DNA of 64,000 nucleotides from Minisyncoccota bacterium (lineage in GTDB: Bacteria > Patescibacteriota > Microgenomatia > UBA1400 > PJMF01), in assembly GCA_009991965.1 (NCBI GenBank), contig JAACWQ010000006.1:7174-71173 (forward strand), in the 5' to 3' direction. Under the pieces are notes generated by a model. It had not been told where the DNA came from. It searched no databases and worked only from the letters and a program-made list of their open reading frames with translations. Within the stretch, counting starts at the first letter, position 1, and the number at the start of each line of letters is the position of its first letter. Below are positions 9,704 through 19,441 of this stretch, piece by piece. Both the position numbers and the translations under genes were made by a program.

Positions 9704-10279
9704 ATGATTGCACATTTGACCGGCACACTACTCGAACTCAGCTCCCCAATAATTTTACAGGTTGGGGGAGTGGGATACGGTGTTCACGTCTCAGGCAAAC
9801 ACCTCGCGACCTGGTCCGAGGGACAAGAACTCTCACTCTGGATTCACACCAACGTAGCCGAAAAAACACTCGAGTTGTTTGGCTTTCCCGATAAAAAAGA
9901 AAAAGAGTTGTTTTTGCTGTTGCTGCAGGTATCAGGCGTCGGACCGAAGACAGCGCTGCAACTCAGCTCACTCGGTGGCGAGCAAATCAGCCGTGCGGTA
10001 CGAGCGGGGGAAGTACGTTTTTTCTCACAAGTGCCTCGCGTGGGCAAAAAACTAGCGCAAAAAATTATCATTGAGCTGGCCAGTAAACTCGGCAGCCTCG
10101 AAGAACTACAACTCGGCACGCTCGACACTGATCACGCAATGCTCCTAGAAGCAATGCTGTCACTTGGCTATGAGGAGCATGTGGTGTATGACACAGTAAG
10201 CAAAACTGACATGAGCAGCATCACTCTCGAGCAAGCCCTCAAGCAAACTATCCAAGCGTTTGGAAACAGCAAGCAATGA
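9704..10279 (+). CDS. ruvA: Holliday junction branch migration protein RuvA
   Basis: MIAHLTGTLLE...VGGVGYGVHVS OB domain, the two-HhH region LLLQVSGVGPKTALQL, and a C-terminal domain. Sits between ruvC and ruvB. Confidence 0.8.
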   Translation: MIAHLTGTLLELSSPIILQVGGVGYGVHVSGKHLATWSEGQELSLWIHTNVAEKTLELFGFPDKKEKELFLLLLQVSGVGPKTALQLSSLGGEQISRAVRAGEVRFFSQVPRVGKKLAQKIIIELASKLGSLEELQLGTLDTDHAMLLEAMLSLGYEEHVVYDTVSKTDMSSITLEQALKQTIQAFGNSKQ

Positions 10280-11271
10280 AAAAAACCGACGAACCGGAGG
10301 ATATTTCACCAGAAGAAGCTGAGTTATTTACAAACTTGCGAGCGCAAACTTGGCCTGAATTTTTTGGGCAAGAAAATGTAAAAAAATCACTTTCTATCGC
10401 AATCGAAGCCGCGCGCAACCGCGAAGAACCGCTCGACCACTTATTACTCTATGGCCCACCAGGTCTTGGCAAAACCACCCTTTGCCACCTGATTGCAAAC
10501 GAGCTCAATGTCCAAACAAAAATTACTTCTGGCACCGCTCTTACCAAAGTGGGTGATTTGGCGGCCATCATCACAAACCTCAATCCGGGCGATATCTTGT
10601 TTATCGATGAAATTCACCGTTTGCCAAAAGCCGTAGAGGAAACATTATATCCGGCCATGGAAGACTACGCGCTCGATGTTGTGATTGGCAAAGGTCCCAC
10701 TGCGCGTTCAATTAGACTTGATCTACCGAAATTTACCCTAGTTGGTGCTACGACAAAATTTGGTTTATTGTCGGGACCATTTCGCGACCGCTTTGGCATT
10801 ATCCACCGACTTTCTTACTACGAATTGCTCGCGCTCCAGACCATTTTGCTGCACTCAGCCAAAAAACTAAACGTCACACTTCTCGAGTCTGGCGCAGTAG
10901 CCATTGCACAACGCGCACGAGGGACTCCAAGAATTGCGCTGAAATTACTCAAGCGAGTTCGTGATTATTTGGAAGTGAACCATCACCCCGAAATTACCGG
11001 TGAACTCGTACAAACAGCACTCGATTTGTTTGAAATTGACCAGCTTGGGCTAGACGATAGCGACCGTCGTTTGTTGACCTTGATTATTGATAAGCATCAA
11101 GGTGGCCCAGTCGGACTTAGCACGCTCGCGGCTGCGCTCCACGAAGATATGGTGACAATCGAAGAAGTGATTGAGCCGTACCTTATGCAGATTGGCTTTC
11201 TCAAACGCACCTCGCAGGGTAGAATGACTACGGAGGCTGCCAAAGCACATCTCAAAAACTCGAGTAAATAG
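10276..11271 (+). CDS. ruvB: Holliday junction ATP-dependent DNA helicase RuvB
   Basis: Walker A LLLYGPPGLGKTTL, Walker B ILFIDEIHRL, and a winged-helix C-terminus. Confidence 0.9.
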   Translation: MKKTDEPEDISPEEAELFTNLRAQTWPEFFGQENVKKSLSIAIEAARNREEPLDHLLLYGPPGLGKTTLCHLIANELNVQTKITSGTALTKVGDLAAIITNLNPGDILFIDEIHRLPKAVEETLYPAMEDYALDVVIGKGPTARSIRLDLPKFTLVGATTKFGLLSGPFRDRFGIIHRLSYYELLALQTILLHSAKKLNVTLLESGAVAIAQRARGTPRIALKLLKRVRDYLEVNHHPEITGELVQTALDLFEIDQLGLDDSDRRLLTLIIDKHQGGPVGLSTLAAALHEDMVTIEEVIEPYLMQIGFLKRTSQGRMTTEAAKAHLKNSSK

Positions 11272-11290
11272 GCGTATAGTTGGTATATAT

Positions 11291-11875
11291 ATGACTCTAG
11301 AACAGAAAATCATTCGTCGCCTCACCGCAATTTGGCTGGAAAGTGTCACTGGTTTTCTTTGGTGGGGAGTGGGCAATGTGCCACTACATCACGTTCGCCG
11401 TTTTTTTTATCGTTTGTTTGGTATGAGCATCGGTTCGGGCTCAACCCTACACATGGGTGCGCGAATTTATGATCCAAACCACATAACTATTGGTGAAGAC
11501 ACCATCATTGGTGAGCGAGCGACACTTGATGGCAGACAACAGCTGGCAAATTCACGAGGCGGAATTACTATCGGCAATCACACAGATATTGCATCTGAAG
11601 TCATGATTTGGTCTAGCGAGCATGATATTTCTAGCCCAGATTTCGCGGCCATTGAAGCCGCTGTTTCAATCGGCGACTATGTTTTTATTGGTCCAAGAGC
11701 AATCATTTTGCCAGGCGTTACGATTGGCTCTGGCGCAGTTATTGCTGCAGGTGCGGTCGTTACCAAAGATGTAGCAGCAAACACCATTGTTGGCGGAGTT
11801 CCGGCGAAAGCAATTGGCGAGAGAAACCCAAATAATTTGCACTACCGTTTGGGCAGAGCCCGCTGGTTTCAATAA
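11291..11875 (+). CDS. hexapeptide-repeat (left-handed beta-helix) acyltransferase; putative sugar O-acetyltransferase
   Basis: Repeated [LIV]G-x4 hexapeptides: IGERATLDG...ITIGNHTDIASEVMIW...IGPRAIILPGVTIGSGAVIAAGAVVTKDV. Confidence 0.7.
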   Translation: MTLEQKIIRRLTAIWLESVTGFLWWGVGNVPLHHVRRFFYRLFGMSIGSGSTLHMGARIYDPNHITIGEDTIIGERATLDGRQQLANSRGGITIGNHTDIASEVMIWSSEHDISSPDFAAIEAAVSIGDYVFIGPRAIILPGVTIGSGAVIAAGAVVTKDVAANTIVGGVPAKAIGERNPNNLHYRLGRARWFQ

Positions 11876-11881
11876 CGTCTC

Positions 11882-12778
11882 ATGCGAGTAACAATCATTA
11901 TTGTCTCTTTCAACACCAAGGACCTCACGCTCCAAGCACTGCACGCTGTTGCCAATTCCTTTCCCTCAACTAGCAACCTTAAAAAATCAACAGAAATTAT
12001 TGTTGTCGACAACAACTCATCTGATGGGAGTGCGACAGCAGTTGAAAAACTCAGCACAACCTTTTCCTTGCCGCTCAAGGTACTGAGAAATCCCAAAAAT
12101 ACTGGCTTCGCGCATGCCAACAACCTTGCTATCAAACAAGCAAAAGGTGCGATTATTTTACTCCTCAACTCTGATACACAGGTGCAACCTGGGGCAATCG
12201 ATCAGCTGTATCAAACTTTACTGCTTCCAGCCAATAACAAGCTTGGCATCTTGGCAGCAGCATTACAAAATCAAGATGGCTCACCACAACCACAAGGTGG
12301 GGCGATGCCAAATCTCTGGACACTCACCAACCACCTTCTCATGTTCGACGACATCCCAGTACTGGGGAAATTTTTGCCGTCAACACAGCACGCTGGCTCG
12401 AAAGGTTGGGTCGCCGCAACAGCAGTTGCGATAAAACGGGAAGTCTTTGATGAAATTGGCCTACTCGATGAAAATATTTTTATGTACGGTGAAGATGTTG
12501 AATTTTGCTTGCGGGCGCGATATCACCTTTGGCTGGTCGGCATCGAACCACAAGCCAAAGTAACCCACTTGCAAGCTGCGAGCTCAAGCAAGAAATCAGC
12601 CATACTCGGAGAACTGCTTGGCTATAAATTTATTTGGGCCAAACACATGCCGCTGTGGCAACGACCTATTGTCAATTTGATAATTAATCTGGGCGTACGG
12701 CTTCGTTGGTGGATTTTTGCTACAATAGGCAGAAGAGAACAGGCGGATCTATATCGCGATCTCTTAGGTAAGGTGTAG
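11882..12778 (+). CDS. GT2 glycosyltransferase
   Basis: MRVTIIIVSFNTKD...IIVVDNNSSDGS...LLNSDT, the GT2 DxD/GT-A signature. Confidence 0.8.
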   Translation: MRVTIIIVSFNTKDLTLQALHAVANSFPSTSNLKKSTEIIVVDNNSSDGSATAVEKLSTTFSLPLKVLRNPKNTGFAHANNLAIKQAKGAIILLLNSDTQVQPGAIDQLYQTLLLPANNKLGILAAALQNQDGSPQPQGGAMPNLWTLTNHLLMFDDIPVLGKFLPSTQHAGSKGWVAATAVAIKREVFDEIGLLDENIFMYGEDVEFCLRARYHLWLVGIEPQAKVTHLQAASSSKKSAILGELLGYKFIWAKHMPLWQRPIVNLIINLGVRLRWWIFATIGRREQADLYRDLLGKV

Positions 12779-12780
12779 CA

Positions 12781-14421
12781 ATGAAATGGATTGATCGGTA
12801 TCTTCTGTTGGTACTTGGGGGCTTTTTAATTGGCTTTATCCCGCTCTATCCAAAGCTACCACTTTTTGATCTCATTCCTGGATACTTAGTTCGGGTTCGC
12901 CTCGAAGATATTTTTATCGCGCTGACCACTGCCGTTTGGCTCATACAACTAATACGGAAGAAGGTTACACTCAAAATCCCTCTAGCAAAGCTCTTTGGGT
13001 TGTATCTGCTTGCCGGCTTACTTTCTCTCATCAGCGCTATTTTTATTACCAAGACTATTCCCTTTGAACTGCTGCACGTAGGAAAATCTGCGTTGCATCT
13101 CCTGCGATATCTCGAGTACTTCACGCTCTTCTTTATTATTTTCTCGGCGCTCAAAACCAAAAAAGATCTTGGCATACTCCTCACCGTTAGCTTCATCACG
13201 CTGTTTGCTGTTTCTGTCTACGGAGTTGGGCAGCGCTATTTGTATTGGCCTGTGTACTCGACTATGAATAGAGAATTTAGCAATGGCTTACGTTTATACC
13301 TCACACCGCACGCACGCGTGCAATCTACCTTTGGTGGACACTATGATCTCGGAGGCTATCTTGTCCTCACGCTGCCATTTGTGCTGGCCGCGATCTATAG
13401 TTTTACCAAAAAAAAGCAACGACTTGCACTCTATATTCTGTTTTACTTTGGCATTTGGCTCATTACTGTCTCTGCATCTCGCGCTTCGTTTGGCTCACTC
13501 ATCCTCGCACTGGCGGTTGTCGTTACAATCTTTGCGCTCCAACAAAAAACGCTGCTCAAAAAAATCACCTGGTTTTTGCGACAGTCTATTCTTATTGCAA
13601 CTGGCTCAGGGTTACTTTTGGCACTTTTTGGTCAGGACATGTACGAGCGATTGATACAAATCCTAGAAGGCTTTCCCGCTGCCAATTCCTGGTACGAACA
13701 AGCAAATAAACAAGCCAAAGTAGTTTTCTACGAATATATCCCTGAGCATCTGAGTTTCTTACCAACGATAACGATCGACAAACCAGCAAATGGACTTTCA
13801 ACCGACGAAGCGGCCGCAATTGTCCCAGTCCTCGTCCCATCTGATGAGCGACCGGTCACAAAGCAGCCGAGCGATGTCTACGTCAACGTACCAGACCAAA
13901 AGCTCGTGGCCACCGTCTCTGCAGAAGGGGTAGAAACCATGGTGCTGGTAGAAACTGAACGGGTGTACTCACAAAATGCGCTCGATCGCGGCCTCTCAGT
14001 GGCCATACGACTCGATACGCTTTGGCCACAAGCAATTGCTGGTTTTTATAGCAACCCGCTCCTGGGTTCAGGCTACGCCACACTGACCAAAGAAACTGTC
14101 CAGCAATTCACCGAAGCAGAGAGTACCGACAACAATTATTTGCGCTCCCTTGGAGAAACCGGCCTGGCCGGCTTCATAACGTTCTACGGCAGTATTACCG
14201 CTGCGCTCACGCTCACAATTCGTACACTACGTAAGAAAGCAGGCAAAAAACTCACTGCTTTTGAAAAAATCGTACTGATCGGATTCATCGCAGGAACGCT
14301 CGGACTCTTGCTCAACGCTGTCTACATTGATGTCTTTGTCGCCTCAAAAATTGCGCAACTCTACTGGGCATATGCCGGCATGGCCATGGCTGTCTACTTC
14401 TGGCATAAAAATGAAAAATAA
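12781..14421 (+). CDS. O-antigen-ligase (Wzy_C)-like polytopic membrane protein (paralogue of 1162..4239)
   Basis: RLDTLWPQAIAGFYSNPLLGSGYATLTK...TEAESTDNNYLRSLGETGLAGFITFYG. The N-terminal FIPLYPKLPLFDLIPGYLVRVRLEDI and STMNREFS...STFGGHYDL blocks are shared with 1162..4239. Confidence 0.75.
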   Translation: MKWIDRYLLLVLGGFLIGFIPLYPKLPLFDLIPGYLVRVRLEDIFIALTTAVWLIQLIRKKVTLKIPLAKLFGLYLLAGLLSLISAIFITKTIPFELLHVGKSALHLLRYLEYFTLFFIIFSALKTKKDLGILLTVSFITLFAVSVYGVGQRYLYWPVYSTMNREFSNGLRLYLTPHARVQSTFGGHYDLGGYLVLTLPFVLAAIYSFTKKKQRLALYILFYFGIWLITVSASRASFGSLILALAVVVTIFALQQKTLLKKITWFLRQSILIATGSGLLLALFGQDMYERLIQILEGFPAANSWYEQANKQAKVVFYEYIPEHLSFLPTITIDKPANGLSTDEAAAIVPVLVPSDERPVTKQPSDVYVNVPDQKLVATVSAEGVETMVLVETERVYSQNALDRGLSVAIRLDTLWPQAIAGFYSNPLLGSGYATLTKETVQQFTEAESTDNNYLRSLGETGLAGFITFYGSITAALTLTIRTLRKKAGKKLTAFEKIVLIGFIAGTLGLLLNAVYIDVFVASKIAQLYWAYAGMAMAVYFWHKNEK

Positions 14422-15832
14422 CAAAGCACTACTCGCCATCGTTGCACTCGCATTTTGCCTCAGATTGTTTTATATCAGCGACCCTGTTTTGGAGTGGCAT
14501 AGTTTTCGCCAAGCAGACACAGCTTCTATCACCTATGAATATGTACAAAATGGTGTAGATATCCTGCACCCACGGTTTCATGATTTCTCAAATATCGCAT
14601 CAGGAAAAGACAATCTTGAGGGCTATCGTATGGTTGAGTTCCCCTGGATTCATGCGCTTTTGGCAAGCATTCTTCGTCTCGTCCCACAGTTTTCTCTCGT
14701 TGTAGCCAGTCGTTTATTCAGCGTTCTATTTTCACTCGTCACGTTGCTGAGCTTATACTTTTTTGTAAAATTATTTTCAAATAAAAAAACTGCCTTGCTA
14801 GCCGCAGCTACCTTTGCACTCTTGCCGTATGCGGTTTTTTATAGTCGAGTGATTCTGCCAGATCCGATCATGCTGGCGCTGAGTACCGCCTCACTCACTT
14901 TTTTTGCCTACTGGCTCGAAAGAAATAAATGGTGGCAGTATCTAGCAAGTTTTGTACTCCTCGGTCTTGCTGCGCTCACGAAACCATTTGTGCTCTTCCT
15001 CGCACCAGTCTACCTCGCGCTGCTACTGGTGAAATTACTTGCTCGAAGTTTAAAAAAAGAACAGTTCTTTTGGAGTTTATTGTTGCCCGTCAGTCTTGTG
15101 CCGCTCCTGTGGTGGCGCAACTGGATTACGCAATTTCCCTCTGGAATTCCTGCTTCCGACTGGCTCTACAACGGCCTTATAAATGGCAAAGCGCCCCGTT
15201 TTCAACCAGTGTGGTTTCGCTGGCTTGGCTACGAGCGAGTAATGAAACTTATTTTGGGTTACTTCGGCACCGTCTTCTTCCTGCCAATCTTGTTGCACTG
15301 GAAAAAATTGCAAACTACAGAACTATTGGTATACGGTAGTTGGTGGGTCAGTATTGCGGCCTACTTCACTGTCATCGCACGTGGCAATATTCAACACGAT
15401 TACTACCAGATACTTGCGTTGCCAATCATCTGTATCACCGTGGCCAAGGGAGCGATGCTACTTGCCAAAAAACTCCCCCCAGTTGTGGTGGCGGGACTCT
15501 ATCTGCTTATGTTGCTCTTTTCCTACAATCTGGTCAAAGAGTACTACAAGATAAACCACTGGGAATACCAACGAGCCGGGCAGCGGGTGCAAGAGCTCGT
15601 GCCGAAAGATGCCATCGTGATTGCACCAGCTTTTGGAGACACTTCATTTTTGTTTCAGACAAGACATCGTGGCTGGCCGATTGGTTTCGAGATTGACAAA
15701 AAAATTGCTATGGGTGCACAGTACTATGTGACAACAAGTTATGATGATGAGGCAAGAATGCTTGAATCACAGTATGAAACGGTAGAGAAGACTCCGGAAT
15801 ATCTTATCTTTAATCTACAAAACCCACTATGA
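14411..15832 (+). CDS. GT-C fold membrane glycosyltransferase (GT39/GT83 ArnT/PMT-like)
   Basis: N-terminal LAIVALAFCLRLFYISDP...SFRQADTA loop, about 11 TM helices, and a soluble C-terminus. The ORF track start at 14327 overlaps the previous gene by 95 nt. The ATG at 14411 overlaps the previous stop TAA (14419-21). Confidence 0.7.
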   Translation: MKNNKALLAIVALAFCLRLFYISDPVLEWHSFRQADTASITYEYVQNGVDILHPRFHDFSNIASGKDNLEGYRMVEFPWIHALLASILRLVPQFSLVVASRLFSVLFSLVTLLSLYFFVKLFSNKKTALLAAATFALLPYAVFYSRVILPDPIMLALSTASLTFFAYWLERNKWWQYLASFVLLGLAALTKPFVLFLAPVYLALLLVKLLARSLKKEQFFWSLLLPVSLVPLLWWRNWITQFPSGIPASDWLYNGLINGKAPRFQPVWFRWLGYERVMKLILGYFGTVFFLPILLHWKKLQTTELLVYGSWWVSIAAYFTVIARGNIQHDYYQILALPIICITVAKGAMLLAKKLPPVVVAGLYLLMLLFSYNLVKEYYKINHWEYQRAGQRVQELVPKDAIVIAPAFGDTSFLFQTRHRGWPIGFEIDKKIAMGAQYYVTTSYDDEARMLESQYETVEKTPEYLIFNLQNPL

Positions 15833-17034
15833 AAATCCTCATGCTCACTCCCTATCTGCCGTACCCGCTTCTCTCGGGTGGACAGATCCGCACCTACAAT
15901 TTGCTGAAGCAACTGTCTGAAAAACACCAAGTGACGCTTTTTTCACTGATTAAAGATCAAGATGAAACGAAGTATATTCCAGAACTTTTGAAGTACTGCG
16001 CCGACGTCCGCGTGTTTCGGCGGTCAAAAACTCCTTTTACTCTCCGCAACATTGCAAAAACTGCAATTTCCTCATACCCTTTTTTGGTAATTCGCAATTA
16101 TGTGTCAGAGGTAACTCAAGCAATTGAACAAGAACTCCAGCGAACTGATTTTGATCTCCTCCATGCCGAGACCTTTTATATGATGCCGCATCTGCCAAAA
16201 ACAAAAACCCCGACTATTCTTGTCGAGCAAACCATCGAGTATTTGGGCTATGAGAGTTATGCAAAACAAGCGTTTCCACTCATTCGACCACTGCTTAATC
16301 TTGATATCAAAAAAATTAAACGTTGGGAGTCATACTACTGGGAACGAGCAGATCAGCTTATCGTCATGAGCGAGCAAGACAAGGACTTCATTAAACAAAC
16401 TACGAAAGTACAAAATGACATTGCCGTTGTCGCCAATGGAGTTGACGCAGCATGGTTTAGCGAAAAACCAAAAATTTCCCACAAAAACCCAACTGTGCTG
16501 TTTGTCGGTACCTTTAAGTGGCTGCCGAATAGGGAAGCCGTGCGATATCTTGTGCACGAGATTTGGCCCCACATTTTGGCAAAACTTCCAAACGCAAAAT
16601 TGCATATTGTCGGCAACGCTCCAACTGATGAGATTAAAAAATTTGAGCACGAGTATCCAAATATAGTAGTCAAAGGCAGGGTAGAAGACATTCGCGACGC
16701 ATTTGCAGTGGCAGATGTACTAGTAGCGCCAGTCTTTAGCGGCAAAGGCACACGCTACAAAGTGCTCGAAGCAATGGCGTCTGGAACTCCACTTGTTGCC
16801 ACACCAACTGCGGTTGAAGGACTACACTTGCAAGAGAACACCCACGCGCTTATTGGAAACACCGGAATAGAGCTTGCGAAACAAACACTGATACTATTAA
16901 ACTCAGCGTCATTACGAGAAAAGCTTGCGCAGGCAAGTAAACAGTTTGTGCAGAAAAACTATGATTGGCAAAGTATTTCATCACAGCTTGATATAATCTA
17001 TCGACACATCGGAGCCAGCAATGAAAACAAGTAA
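15829..17034 (+). CDS. GT4 (group 1) glycosyltransferase
   Basis: MKILMLTPYLPYPLLSGGQIRTYNL N-terminus and C-terminal ...APVFSGKGTRYKVLEAMASGTPLVATPTAVEG. ATGA overlap with the upstream gene. Confidence 0.8.
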   Translation: MKILMLTPYLPYPLLSGGQIRTYNLLKQLSEKHQVTLFSLIKDQDETKYIPELLKYCADVRVFRRSKTPFTLRNIAKTAISSYPFLVIRNYVSEVTQAIEQELQRTDFDLLHAETFYMMPHLPKTKTPTILVEQTIEYLGYESYAKQAFPLIRPLLNLDIKKIKRWESYYWERADQLIVMSEQDKDFIKQTTKVQNDIAVVANGVDAAWFSEKPKISHKNPTVLFVGTFKWLPNREAVRYLVHEIWPHILAKLPNAKLHIVGNAPTDEIKKFEHEYPNIVVKGRVEDIRDAFAVADVLVAPVFSGKGTRYKVLEAMASGTPLVATPTAVEGLHLQENTHALIGNTGIELAKQTLILLNSASLREKLAQASKQFVQKNYDWQSISSQLDIIYRHIGASNENK

Positions 17035-17899
17035 GCCAGATTTAGAACTTATTTTTCTCAACTACAACAGTGATTTTTGGATAGAAAAAGCACTAACTTC
17101 ACTACAAAAATTTTACCTTAAAAAGACAAAACTGAACGTGGTTATCACCATTGTTGACAACGCAAGCAGCGATAGCTCGCTAGAATCAGTGGCAGAATGT
17201 TGCCCAAAAGGAAAGATTATAAAACTCGATGAAAATCTTGGATTTGCAGAAGCAAACAATAAGGCACTCGCACTTTCGGAAGCCCGTTACACTATGTTAC
17301 TCAATTCTGATGTAGAGTTTACCCCTGGATCCAACCTCGACGAGCTTGTTGCGTATATGGATGCAAATCCAAAAGTTGCAGTAGTTACCCCAAAGCTGAC
17401 ATTCTTTTCTGGCAAACTCGATCCGGCCTCGCACCGTGGCGAACCAACCATCTGGGCATCATTGACCTACTTTGCCAGACTCGAACAATTATTTCCACAA
17501 TCTGAAAAATTTGCCCAGTACCACCAAACATTTAAAAATTTCAATGAGATACACGAAATTGACGCTTGCTCTGGCGCTGCATTTTTATCTCGTACAGCAC
17601 TCTATAAAAAAGTTGGCTTGCTCGATGAGCAATTTTTTATGTATGCGGAAGACCTGGATTGGTGTCGACGATTTAGAGAAGCTGGATACAAAATTGTCTT
17701 CATCCCCAATGTGACAATCATTCATCATAAATATAAATCAGGTATCAAACAGTCGTCACAAAGTATTGCGCAAAAAACGCAATTTCACTTTTACAACACC
17801 ATGCTACAATATTACGATAAACACTATGCCAAAAGGTATCCAACTGTGATACGCTGGCTACTTAAGTATTTTCTCGCTCTAAAGAAAGGCGGACTATGA
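17021..17899 (+). CDS. GT2 glycosyltransferase
   Basis: VVITIVDNASSDSS...LLNSDVEF...YAEDLDWCRR, a GT2 (WcaA/rhamnosyltransferase-like) pattern. Confidence 0.8.
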   Translation: MKTSKPDLELIFLNYNSDFWIEKALTSLQKFYLKKTKLNVVITIVDNASSDSSLESVAECCPKGKIIKLDENLGFAEANNKALALSEARYTMLLNSDVEFTPGSNLDELVAYMDANPKVAVVTPKLTFFSGKLDPASHRGEPTIWASLTYFARLEQLFPQSEKFAQYHQTFKNFNEIHEIDACSGAAFLSRTALYKKVGLLDEQFFMYAEDLDWCRRFREAGYKIVFIPNVTIIHHKYKSGIKQSSQSIAQKTQFHFYNTMLQYYDKHYAKRYPTVIRWLLKYFLALKKGGL

Positions 17900-18339
17900 A
17901 CAATAAAGCACTGCAATTTAAGATTAAAAATCTTAGAACCACGTCGATACAACACACGATGGAAGGGCTCTTTGTTGTCGTTTCTAGTTTATTTGTGACG
18001 GCACTGTTGCCCTCACTCTTAATCAAATACCTGTATGCAAACGCACAATTGTTTGAGCAACCAAAACTTCTTGAATACATTCCTGTAGCGACATTTGCCA
18101 TTTCTGCCGCATACATCGTATTCGTCATTTTTGGCAACATCACTCGTGGCGCAAAAATTCGCCAAGCAGAAGCAGAGCTCGCTATTGCAAACTCTCTCGT
18201 CGCAAACGATATGGGTACAACCCAAGAAGAATTGGCAGAGCTTGAAAAGATCGTAGACAGTGCTTTGGCAAAGCCAAAGAAAGCAGGTCGTCCTAGTGTC
18301 AAAAAAGCTATGACTACACGAAAGAAAAGCGCTAAATAA
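17896..18339 (+). CDS. small two-TM membrane protein with a Lys-rich C-terminal tail (hypothetical)
   Basis: Two hydrophobic helices (LFVVVSSLFVTALLPSLLI; VATFAISAAYIVFVIF), then a charged coiled segment and KPKKAGRPSVKKAMTTRKKSAK. ATGA overlap with the upstream gene. Confidence 0.5.
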   Translation: MNNKALQFKIKNLRTTSIQHTMEGLFVVVSSLFVTALLPSLLIKYLYANAQLFEQPKLLEYIPVATFAISAAYIVFVIFGNITRGAKIRQAEAELAIANSLVANDMGTTQEELAELEKIVDSALAKPKKAGRPSVKKAMTTRKKSAK

Positions 18340-18343
18340 TACA

Positions 18344-19441
18344 GTGCTCAGAATTGGAATCGATTGCCGGCTGGCTGGACTCAGTCATGCCGGCATAGGT
18401 CGGTACATCTCAAGCTTCGTTCCAAAAGTTCTTTCTCTACTCCAAGATGAAGCAGAAGTTGTACTTTTTTGTTCAACCAAAGAACAAGCGCGAGATCTTT
18501 GTTTTGCAAAGTCGCCTCGTATAGAGATCGTTATTGCTCCCTACAAACACTACTCACTTGCAGAGCAGACTGTATTTTTATCCGTTCTCAACAAACAAAA
18601 ATTAGACCTACTGCATGTTCCACATTTTAATGTGCCGTATTTTTACGCAGGAACTTTTGTCGTCACGATTCATGACCTGCTGTGGCACAAACAACGCGGC
18701 CTACAAGTGACAACTCTCAACCCCGTGGTGTATTGGCTCAAGTATTTTTTCTACACTCACATCGTCGCACGAGCTGTCTCGCGTGCAAAAAAAATCTTCG
18801 TACCATCACAAACAATTGCGACTGAATTAGCGGCTACGTACCCTATAGCAAAAGAAAAAACCGTAGTTACTTACGAAGGAGTCGGCGATAGTTTACTCAA
18901 AGTACAATTACCAACACTTGCGCGCAAAACCAATACCTTACTCTACGTTGGCTCTCTCTATCCACACAAAAATATCGCAATCGTTTTGCAGTTACTACAA
19001 CAACACCCAGAGCTGAAGCTTGAAGTAGTTACCGCGCGCTCTGCCTTTGTAAAACGTGTAAAGCAGCAAATCACTGCGCTCAAAGTTCAAAACCAAGTAC
19101 AATTCTTTTTGTCTATAGATGACAGAGCGCTGGCCAAGCGGTACCGGGAAGCAACTGCTCTCATTCAACCTTCTTTTTCTGAAGGCTTTGGCCTTACTGG
19201 TCTAGAAGCTTTGATGCAAAACACACCAGTACTAGCCTCAGACATTCCTATATTCCATGAAATTTATCAAGCCTATGCGACATTTTTTGATCCAAGAAAT
19301 ATCACCTCACTCGAAACAGCGTGGAACTCAGTAGCAACTCATAAACAAGAAGTGACACTGCCTGACAACTTCAGCAAGCGCTACAACTGGGACACGCTTG
19401 CAAAACAAACACTCGATGTCTACCGCAACGCACTTACCTAA
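18344..19441 (+). CDS. GT4 (group 1) glycosyltransferase
   Basis: GTG start. Carries ...PSFSEGFGLTGLEALMQNTPVLASDIPIFHE. Confidence 0.8.
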   Translation: MLRIGIDCRLAGLSHAGIGRYISSFVPKVLSLLQDEAEVVLFCSTKEQARDLCFAKSPRIEIVIAPYKHYSLAEQTVFLSVLNKQKLDLLHVPHFNVPYFYAGTFVVTIHDLLWHKQRGLQVTTLNPVVYWLKYFFYTHIVARAVSRAKKIFVPSQTIATELAATYPIAKEKTVVTYEGVGDSLLKVQLPTLARKTNTLLYVGSLYPHKNIAIVLQLLQQHPELKLEVVTARSAFVKRVKQQITALKVQNQVQFFLSIDDRALAKRYREATALIQPSFSEGFGLTGLEALMQNTPVLASDIPIFHEIYQAYATFFDPRNITSLETAWNSVATHKQEVTLPDNFSKRYNWDTLAKQTLDVYRNALT

